Source: Planctomycetota bacterium (GTDB lineage Bacteria; Planctomycetota; SZUA-567; H5-PLA8). From it: DNA of 11,607 nucleotides. Positions 1 to 6,227 of this stretch are shown piece by piece. The translations under genes were made by a program, and so were the position numbers. Numbering within the stretch: position 1 is the first letter of the stretch; each line of letters opens with the position of its first letter. The notes under the pieces are model-generated. The model was not told the origin of the DNA. It did no database searches and saw only the letters and a list, made by a program, of their open reading frames with translations. Location of the stretch: NCBI GenBank assembly GCA_038227875.1, contig JBBRPR010000116.1, forward strand, positions 1 through 11,607. Reading direction: 5' to 3'.

Positions 1-51
1 ATCGGAAGAAAACCCAGCACGAAGAAAACTGAAAACGGCGGAAGAAGATAT

Positions 52-726
52 CTAAATTGAATCTCTCGAAGAAAACGGATTTGAAGAAGACCACATTTTC
101 AGGCCGGTAGATTCGCTGCTCTTACAGATCGGCGCTGACACCCTAAGACATTCGAGGGCAAACTTGTCGCCGGAAGCTGCCATGTCACCTAAAAAATATG
201 CGATGTTCATCATAAACCAGTCGGGCGTCGTAGATACCGCTGTTATCGAATACGAGAATCGGCGATTATTTGCGGCGTGTTTCATTTCCGCTACAGAGGG
301 CAGACATTCGCCCCGAATTGCTTGATAGAGGAATTCTCGTCCTAATACCTGCTTTTTTTTATCTTTACTGATAATGAATGAATTCGCTTTTGCCATCTGG
401 GAGACGGTCGGGCACCGCACGGTTTGACCCAGATCCAGAATCCTGATCTTTGAGTTTGGTCCAGTTGGGAACTCCGCGCTGGCAAAGCGAGCTGCCGAAA
501 GATATTCGTCCACCCTTGAATTCGAACTAATCCCCAGCAACGTTTTTAACTTTCTTTTAAAGCCCGTGTAGCCGATAGCGTTGTGACAAGTTAGAACGAG
601 GCCGAGAAATGTTCGCGTGGCACCCCATTCGTTTTGCTTCTGGACGACGCGATCCGTTGCCGTTCGGTAGCGCTTATAGGCAGCTTGTAATTGGGCGTCC
701 AGCGACATGGGTTCGTTTTGTTTCAT
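52..726 (-). CDS. Hypothetical protein, 224 aa, possibly DNA-binding
   Basis: Long ORF with SD-like GAGGGAG upstream of ATG. Segment GYTGFKRKLKTLLGISSNSRVDEYLSAAR loosely resembles HTH-like (DUF3102-type) segments of mobile-element proteins (weak). Confidence 0.6.
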   Translation of the reverse strand: MKQNEPMSLDAQLQAAYKRYRTATDRVVQKQNEWGATRTFLGLVLTCHNAIGYTGFKRKLKTLLGISSNSRVDEYLSAARFASAEFPTGPNSKIRILDLGQTVRCPTVSQMAKANSFIISKDKKKQVLGREFLYQAIRGECLPSVAEMKHAANNRRFSYSITAVSTTPDWFMMNIAYFLGDMAASGDKFALECLRVSAPICKSSESTGLKMWSSSNPFSSRDSI

Positions 727-819
727 TAGTTCCGGCTCCCTCGCGCGAAGAATAGAGGGTCAGAATCATACAGGATGTCGTGATCGCATGCGAATGTAGA
801 CCGATCGCTTGATCGACCT

Positions 820-1035
820 TTACGCGATAGTTGGCCCTATGGCGCCGGTTTCGACATGGAAAACGCCATCCATGACTACCGCATGCCGATCGCCCAGGAC
901 ATCCATGAAGCGAATGACTCGGCTCTTTCCAACTGAATCCAGGACCGTCCGCGACACCCCAGCCTCAACGAAGCACGTTATACTTCCCGACTCGGAATCG
1001 AATTTAAGCCGGAAATAGTGTTTCTTGTCGCTCAT
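820..1035 (-). CDS. Small hypothetical protein, 71 aa, predicted beta-rich
   Basis: Co-oriented and closely packed with neighbours; alternating hydrophobic pattern; no clear SD. Confidence 0.45.
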   Translation of the reverse strand: MSDKKHYFRLKFDSESGSITCFVEAGVSRTVLDSVGKSRVIRFMDVLGDRHAVVMDGVFHVETGAIGPTIA

Positions 1036-1065
1036 GAGAATCTAGCCATTGAAATTTGATCTTAC

Positions 1066-1389
1066 TCAAAACGGGAGATCGTGTTCGGTCTCGATCAGGA
1101 TTATCAAAAACAGATCGCCAAAGAATTTTCGCCCACCATCACTTCGAATTCCGGCTAAATGGAACATCGCATGCTCTAGTCGTTGAATCCGGCGCATAAT
1201 TCGGTGCCGGATTCGTCGGCCATGGAACTCGAGAAATTTACGCTGCCGTTCCCGCGCGATGCGCGATTCAATTTCGGTTAGAATTTCTTCGCAGCGCTCT
1301 AATGGAAGTTTTCCTTTGACACTCAAATGATTCATTCGCCAAAGCGCTCTGGCACAGGCCTTCCAGTCGTCATAGGTCTGATTGTCCAT
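1066..1389 (-). CDS. Hypothetical basic helical protein, 107 aa, ending in ETEHDLPF
   Basis: Co-oriented ORF 42 bp downstream of the HTH-like gene; Arg-rich helical core. Confidence 0.5.
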   Translation of the reverse strand: MDNQTYDDWKACARALWRMNHLSVKGKLPLERCEEILTEIESRIARERQRKFLEFHGRRIRHRIMRRIQRLEHAMFHLAGIRSDGGRKFFGDLFLIILIETEHDLPF

Positions 1390-1431
1390 CGCCAGATCGA
1401 TCGCTCCCTTTAGTTCGGTCGCAGTAAGCCT

Positions 1432-1860
1432 TCATCCGATGGCCTTCTTGAGGGTCGACAACATCCGCTCGAGCTCAAAAACAAGCGCGCGCAGGTTTGT
1501 TTTGAGGGCGCGATTTTTTGTCTCGTCGCTCGTTTTGGCGAGCGGTTTCGAACTTACTGGCGCTTGGCGAAGTTCCTCAATCATCGTTGCTGCTGGCGCC
1601 CGAAGAAGGGTGACGAGCTGTTGGACTTTTTCGGACTCCCGGTCGGTCTGCTTGCGAACGCGATGATTCTTCTCAAGCAGACGGCAACAACGCCAGGCCG
1701 TATTTCCGCTGTTTCCGCGGAGCTTGTAGCGCTTCTCCAGCCCTGAATAGGATTCACCCGCCGCCCAGCCCAAGTAAATTTTCTTCAGCAGTTCCGGCTT
1801 GCCACGAACTTCTTCTGTCGACAACCCAGTCTCCCAGTTGTCGCCTCTGCGCTTGCTCAT
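1432..1860 (-). CDS. Putative helix-turn-helix DNA-binding protein, 142 aa
   Basis: SD AAGGAG upstream of ATG. IYLGWAAGESYSGLEKRYKL...NTAWRCCR fits an HTH pattern with a lengthened turn. C-terminal amphipathic helix. Confidence 0.55.
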   Translation of the reverse strand: MSKRRGDNWETGLSTEEVRGKPELLKKIYLGWAAGESYSGLEKRYKLRGNSGNTAWRCCRLLEKNHRVRKQTDRESEKVQQLVTLLRAPAATMIEELRQAPVSSKPLAKTSDETKNRALKTNLRALVFELERMLSTLKKAIG

Positions 1861-2113
1861 CCTCGTCTCCTTGGTTCTTGGCGAACGCCCGCGCGTTGCC
1901 GTATCAGGCGCGACTCAACAGAGTCGCTGTTGTTCCGACACCAGCAGCGTGTCAATCCGTTCGCGCACTGTCCACAGTTGTTTGAAGAGATTCGAGAAAT
2001 TTGAGGTGATCGATCGCAATATTAAAACGGGCAGGCTGAACGCTTCTGGCTGCGGTCAAACTTGCGTTAATCGAATTTGAGTTTCTTTGGAGCTGAAATA
2101 ATTAGGAGGAAGA

Positions 2114-2177
2114 AATCCGTTATGAATCCGTTATAGGAACCGTTATGGATCTTGCAAGTCGTTGATCCATAACGGTT
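2114..2177. repeat. CCGTTAT repeat cluster: three direct copies and one inverted copy; perfect 14-bp inverted repeat enclosing an IHF-like site
   Basis: CCGTTAT at 2117, 2128, 2140; ATAACGG at 2169. AACCGTTATGGATC (2138-2151) / GATCCATAACGGTT (2164-2177). Minus-strand GATCAACGACTTG (2155-2167) matches WATCAANNNNTTR with one mismatch. Confidence 0.8.
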
Positions 2178-2181
2178 AAAA

Positions 2182-2555
2182 TGGAGGCGGCGGGAATCGA
2201 ACCCGCGTCCCAAGATGCTTCCGACAGGGCTTCTACGCGTGTAGCCAGGTCACTTTACGGCTCTCCTCGCCTCAGCACCGCAACTCCGGCATGCTACGCT
2301 GAAGCCAGCCCGGTTAGTCTCGCCTCAAACCCTTCGGACAGGAGCGTTTGAGGCCAGCTTGTATTAGTTGCGCAGAACTGGGCGCCACAAGCGGGGCCCC
2401 CAATTCCACGTTGCTGGAGCTAACTTTCGTTAGGCAGCAAGGGCCATCTCATTGTGAGTGGCATTTGAAACGTGCACGGTGTTTTACGAGGCCTCCATGC
2501 AACCTCGACGCGCCACCTCTATCCTCTGCGATCCGGTCGAAACCTGTTCGCCCCC
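2182..2555 (-). ncRNA. ssrA: tmRNA (transfer-messenger RNA), one-piece, 374 nt
   Basis: 5' GGGGGCGAACAGGUUUCGAC; 3' GCGGG-UUCGAUU-CCCGC-CGCCUCCA. Acceptor stem GGGGGCG/CGCCUCC has the G3-U70 alanine determinant; T-arm present; internal tag frame ends in ALAA*. Terminal CCA is not encoded. Confidence 0.97.
2430..2462 (-). other. tmRNA proteolysis-tag reading frame: ATHNEMALAA*
   Basis: GCC ACT CAC AAT GAG ATG GCC CTT GCT GCC TAA, preceded by UCAAAU (typical resume-codon context). Confidence 0.9.
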
Positions 2556-2576
2556 TGTGAGGAATACTACGCCCTT

Positions 2577-2585
2577 AGTCTACCA
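2577..2585 (-). promoter_or_regulatory. Candidate extended -10 promoter for ssrA
   Basis: TG-G-TAGACT, 21 nt upstream of the mature 5' end; -35 is poor. Confidence 0.4.
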
Positions 2586-2632
2586 TGGATCCGCCGCTTC
2601 GAAAGTCTGAAGCTCGCTTTTGCACTCAGACC

Positions 2633-2671
2633 AAAAAGAAAAACCCCGCTGGAGTCGCCTCCAGCGGGGTT
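2633..2671 (-). terminator. Rho-independent terminator of the secreted-protein gene
   Basis: 13-bp perfect stem AACCCCGCTGGAG/CTCCAGCGGGGTT with a 4-nt loop, running into TTTTTCTTTTT on the minus strand, 27 nt after the stop codon. Confidence 0.9.
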
Positions 2672-2698
2672 CTTTACCAGCTTTTGGAAGAGCTGAAC

Positions 2699-3007
2699 TT
2701 ACTCAGCCTTCTCGAGCTTGGTGACCTTGACGTTGGTGGCATCAACCTTCGTGCCGGAAACCTTCGCCTTGGCGCCCTTGGCCGCCCATTCCTTCAGTTC
2801 CTTGGCCGCATCGCCTTCGGCCCACAGCGCAACCGCGACTTCCTTGTCGCCGTCTTTGACCTTCAGCGTGGCAACGACGCCAGCCTTGGCATCCGCCGGA
2901 GCGGCGGCCAACGTGCCCGTCCACGTTTCGACCTTGTCGTCGGCCTTGACATTCGCGGCCATCAGAGCAAACAGAACCAGGGGAATTGCAAACTTCACCA
3001 TCCGCAT
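2699..3007 (-). CDS. Small secreted protein, 102 aa, Ala/Lys-rich, possibly OB-fold-like; start revised from 3115 to 3007
   Basis: GGAGG 9 nt before ATG at 3007. Signal peptide MRMVKFAIPLVLFALMAANVKA|DD. Strongly biased codons. Own promoter and terminator. Confidence 0.8.
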   Translation of the reverse strand: MRMVKFAIPLVLFALMAANVKADDKVETWTGTLAAAPADAKAGVVATLKVKDGDKEVAVALWAEGDAAKELKEWAAKGAKAKVSGTKVDATNVKVTKLEKAE

Positions 3008-3141
3008 GACGTACTTCCTCCACTTACTTCCTACGGCGGCCTCACCTTTGTCGGTTGAGTCCCGTCGCATATTTTTCCCCGGTAACACGGGACCGGAGAG
3101 CCACCCGTACTTCAATTCGCTTGTGTGACGAACCGGCGAAG

Positions 3142-3170
3142 AATTTATTCAAGGAGATACGGAAAGGCAA
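3142..3170 (-). promoter_or_regulatory. Sigma70-type promoter for the secreted-protein gene
   Basis: TTGCCT-17 bp-TAAATT, with AT-rich sequence further upstream. Confidence 0.55.
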
Positions 3171-3199
3171 GTTTATTCGTGCGAGGTGCATAAATCATG

Positions 3200-3212
3200 T
3201 AAATTATTGATT
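3200..3212 (-). promoter_or_regulatory. IHF-consensus site
   Basis: AATCAATAATTTA is an exact match to WATCAANNNNTTR within an AT-rich tract. Confidence 0.45.
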
Positions 3213-3244
3213 TTAAATAGTTTGTAAGATCGATGTAAAAAATA

Positions 3245-3955
3245 TTAACGGGTGAGACGCAATCCGCGTGGATTGGTGACATTGAATTGGCTTTGCACAG
3301 GTGCAGGGCAAGGGTGCGGCGGATTGGCCTGCGCGATCAGCGCCGCTGTCTTTTTCGGGACAGGCGGAGGCGTGCCACGGACAAGTCCCAGCGCTTCCGG
3401 ATCAATAGTCTGAGACGCGACGACGACCTTCGCCTTCAATAATGCCGTCGGAGGCACTGGCAACACAGGAATCTGCGGCTTCGGGAGCGGACCGGTGGGC
3501 AACGTAAGGTGTTCCAGCGGCAGCGCGTTCACGGGCGGCAACGCCGGGCGAATGTTATGCGTGTGATTCCACGCCACGACGTCGGTGACTTCGCCGGGCT
3601 CCACCCAGCCCAGTCGGCCACGGGCGGCACGCTCCCACGCGCGCGGGTCGCCGCGGGTGAGTTCATCGATGCTGCGATGGAGGCGGGCGAGTTCGCGCTT
3701 CTCGGCTTTCAGATGTCCAATGAGGACCTGCTGGCGTTCGGTCAGATTATTAAGCCGTTCGCGCTGAGGTGAAAACAACAACAAGAACCATGCGCTCAGA
3801 GCCACCAGGAAAATGAGCCACCACGCGACGTCATGCAGTCCCAGCTGATCCGCGCGACTCGCTAGATCATCCAGTCCATGACACCGGAACATTTGAGACG
3901 TCAAATGACCGACAGTGCGCACAGCGCACGTGATGCGGCTACGTGTACTTCCCAT
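3245..3955 (-). CDS. Septum formation initiator (FtsB/DivIC) family protein with long Pro-rich C-terminal extension
   Basis: TM segment (VAWWLIFLVALSAWFLLLFSP), coiled coil, then DPRAWERAARGRLGWVEPGE, the family signature ERxARxxLGxVxPGE. AAGGGGGAG before ATG at 3955 favours this start over 3982. Confidence 0.75.
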   Translation of the reverse strand: MGSTRSRITCAVRTVGHLTSQMFRCHGLDDLASRADQLGLHDVAWWLIFLVALSAWFLLLFSPQRERLNNLTERQQVLIGHLKAEKRELARLHRSIDELTRGDPRAWERAARGRLGWVEPGEVTDVVAWNHTHNIRPALPPVNALPLEHLTLPTGPLPKPQIPVLPVPPTALLKAKVVVASQTIDPEALGLVRGTPPPVPKKTAALIAQANPPHPCPAPVQSQFNVTNPRGLRLTR

Positions 3956-4000
3956 TGGCTCCCCCTTGGGAAGTATCGGCAAGCGGGGAGCTCTCCCTGA

Positions 4001-4235
4001 GGAAAATGGTGCTTGGGATTTTGGTTATCCGAGCGCTTTGCCGTACCGTCCGGCTAAAGGTAGCCGGTCGTCGGTCGGGGTCGCTCAGCCGGATGAAATC
4101 GCATCGAGAATCGATGCGACTGAGTGCATTCCATTTTCCGTCCGGCTAAAAGAAGTCGGTAACAGCCCAGCAGGGAAGTCGCCGCACGTTCCCTGCTCCG
4201 CCATACCGACCACTTATCGCCGGACAGAATCCCGA
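4001..4235. other. Highly self-complementary intergenic region; candidate structured RNA of unknown family
   Basis: Long bulged hairpin 4136-4229, perfect hairpin 4099-4119, GGAAAATGG/CCATTTTCC (4001-4009/4131-4139), 13-bp direct repeat CCGTCCGGCTAAA at 4046 and 4138. Confidence 0.35.
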
Positions 4236-4279
4236 ACTCGCAATCGCGCCCAGTACTAGCAGCGCCAAACCAGATCGCG

Positions 4280-5212
4280 CTAATACACCTCCGGCACCAT
4301 GATCTCCGGCGGCAGCGGGTGCCGCTGGTACTCCGGATGATGTACGCGCTCGGGCAGCACCACCGGTTCGCGCTCGACCTCGTGATACTTCACCTGGCTC
4401 AGCAGATGGTGAATGCAGTTCAGGCGCGCTTTTTTCTTGTCGACGGCGTTGATCACCCACCACGGCGATTCGGAGATGTTCGTGCGCTTGATCATCATCT
4501 CTTTGGCGGCCGTGTAATCTTCCCAGCGCCGGCGCGATTCCAGATCCATGGGGCTCAGCTTCCACTGCTTCATCGGATCGTGGACGCGGGCGTTGAACCG
4601 GAATTCCTGCTCGGCGTCGGTGATCGAGAACCAGTACTTGATCAATTGGATGCCGGAGCGGATCAGCATCTTTTCGAATTCCGGCGTGTCGCGGAAGAAC
4701 TCTTCCAACTGCGCGTCGTTGCAGAAGCCCATCACGCGCTCGACGCCCGCGCGGTTGTACCAGCTGCGGTCGAAGAGCACCATTTCGCCGCCCGCCGGCA
4801 GGTGCGCGATGTAGCGCTGAAAATACCACTGCGTCCGTTCGCGCTCCGTCGGAGCCGGCAGCGCCGCGACGCGGCAGACGCGCGGGTTCAGGCGCTGTGT
4901 GATGCGCTTGATCGCGCCGCCTTTTCCGGCCGAATCGCGTCCTTCGAAGATCACGACCATCTTGTGTTTGGTCGCCACGACCCAGTCCTGCAGTTTGACC
5001 AATTGCGCCTGCAGCTTGAACAGCTCGCGGAAGTACAGCGCGCGGAATTCCCGCTCGGCGGCCTTTTCGGCGTCGGTGGATGCGTTATGGAGCGCGATTT
5101 CCCCGGGGCCGTGGTCCTTGAATTCCAGTTCCAGCTCTTCGTCGAATTCGTCAATGAGTTCCCGGCGGATGCGTGCGTTCATGTCGCTGTGGCTTTCACC
5201 GTTCTGGCTCAC
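4280..5212 (-). CDS. ppk2: Polyphosphate kinase 2 (single-domain, class I-like)
   Basis: Walker A FEGRDSAGKGG, Walker B FDRSWYNRAGVERVMGF, lid WKLSPMD. SD AAGGAG before a GTG start. Confidence 0.96.
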   Translation of the reverse strand: MSQNGESHSDMNARIRRELIDEFDEELELEFKDHGPGEIALHNASTDAEKAAEREFRALYFRELFKLQAQLVKLQDWVVATKHKMVVIFEGRDSAGKGGAIKRITQRLNPRVCRVAALPAPTERERTQWYFQRYIAHLPAGGEMVLFDRSWYNRAGVERVMGFCNDAQLEEFFRDTPEFEKMLIRSGIQLIKYWFSITDAEQEFRFNARVHDPMKQWKLSPMDLESRRRWEDYTAAKEMMIKRTNISESPWWVINAVDKKKARLNCIHHLLSQVKYHEVEREPVVLPERVHHPEYQRHPLPPEIMVPEVY

Positions 5213-5241
5213 GGAAGTCTCCTTATGAATTTTTGGCGTGG

Positions 5242-5274
5242 CCGTGATTTTACAACACGGGTGCCCGTGGGCCA
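5242..5274 (-). promoter_or_regulatory. Candidate ppk2 promoter with palindromic operator
   Basis: -10 TAAAAT (5247-5252); CACGGG-TG-CCCGTG palindrome (5256-5269) in the spacer; -35 weak. Confidence 0.35.
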
Positions 5275-5330
5275 GATTTTTCCGCCCGTCAGCAAGGATT
5301 TGATGTCAGCGACGTTAAGAATCGCTGAAG

Positions 5331-6080
5331 CTACTCCGCCAGCGCTTCGACGCCCAGCTGCACTTCCGGCGCGCGCCGCGGATTGGCGACGGTTTCGACT
5401 TCGGCGATCAATCCGTCTTTTAAATGGATGATGCGCTGCGAATACTCCGCCTTCTCGCGGTCGTGCGTCACCTGAACGATTGTGCGGCCGGTGGCGTGCA
5501 GCGCTTGAAAGATGCCCATGATTTCCATGCCGGTGCGGCTGTCGAGATTTCCCGTCGGTTCGTCGGCAAGGATCAGGGCGGGAGAGGTCACCAGCGCCCG
5601 CGCGATCGCCACGCGCTGGCTCTGCCCGCCGGACAGTTCCGACGGCCGGTGCGTCAGCCGTTCGCCCAGTCCGACCAGCTTGAGCATATGTTTCGCGGCG
5701 CTCATGCGCTCGGCGCGCGGAACGTGAGCGTAGACCAGCGGCAGCGCGACGTTCTCGACGATGTCTTCCTGCGGCAGCAGATTGAATTTCTGAAAGACGA
5801 ACCCGATCTTCTGATTGCGCAGCTGCGACAAGCCCACGTCTTCCAGGCCGGAAACTTCGACGCCGTCGAGCTTGTAACTGCCCGTCGACGCACGGTGGAG
5901 GCAGCCGAGCACATGCAGCAGCGTCGACTTCCCCGACCCCGACTGTCCCATGATCGAGACAAACTCCCCCGACTTCACCGTCATGGTGATCCCCCGCAGC
6001 GCCGTCACCGCGCTGGGCGCGACGCCGTAGGTCTTGGTCAGGTCCGTGATGTCGAGAATCTTACGATCGGAATCGGCCAT
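5331..6080 (-). CDS. ABC transporter ATP-binding protein, MacB/LolD (type VII ABC) family, stand-alone NBD
   Basis: Walker [26 protein letters not shown], signature [15 protein letters not shown], Walker [13 protein letters not shown]-loop VTHD; no TM segments. Confidence 0.95.
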   Translation of the reverse strand: MADSDRKILDITDLTKTYGVAPSAVTALRGITMTVKSGEFVSIMGQSGSGKSTLLHVLGCLHRASTGSYKLDGVEVSGLEDVGLSQLRNQKIGFVFQKFNLLPQEDIVENVALPLVYAHVPRAERMSAAKHMLKLVGLGERLTHRPSELSGGQSQRVAIARALVTSPALILADEPTGNLDSRTGMEIMGIFQALHATGRTIVQVTHDREKAEYSQRIIHLKDGLIAEVETVANPRRAPEVQLGVEALAE

Positions 6081-6227
6081 TTCGGATTCGGGTACCTTAG
6101 AGTATGCGCGCGGGTTGCGAGATGGGGACGGGAACGGAAGGACTGAGGACTCCCCTGCTGGTCACGCGCTCCGCATGTCTCATGCTAACAAATTCTCCCC
6201 GTCAGCGGAGAGTTTCAGTCCTCACTG

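Larger units (their letters stand above)
1..2181. mobile_element. Probable integrative element (genomic island, prophage or satellite) inserted at the 3' end of ssrA; continues beyond the left edge
   Basis: Begins immediately after the tmRNA 3' end, a known integrase target. Spot counts: 50% GC at 481-540 versus 70% at 8341-8400 in a core gene. Only short orphan ORFs. Repeats and an IHF-like site abut the junction. No integrase or second att copy is visible in the window. Confidence 0.6.

Noticed and set aside
2114..2177. CRISPR array or intrinsic terminator
   Set aside because: Repeats are only 7-10 bp without spacers; the hairpin has no downstream U-tract on either strand.
2182..2210. Possible tRNA-Ala
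   Set aside because: It is the tRNA-like 3' domain of tmRNA; the matching 5' acceptor strand is about 370 nt away and a tag frame lies between.
3008..3115. N-terminal 36 aa of ORF 2699-3115
   Set aside because: A strong SD and signal peptide point to the start at 3007.
2348..3128. Plus-strand ORFs 2348-2560, 2472-2696, 2585-3058, 2718-3128
   Set aside because: Antisense to ssrA, the terminator and the secreted-protein gene.
4035..4230. c-di-GMP-I riboswitch, SRP RNA or hammerhead ribozyme
   Set aside because: Only fragments resemble these families (GGCAAA and CCGGCTAAA are on opposite strands; no SRP domain IV motif; no CUGAUGA core).
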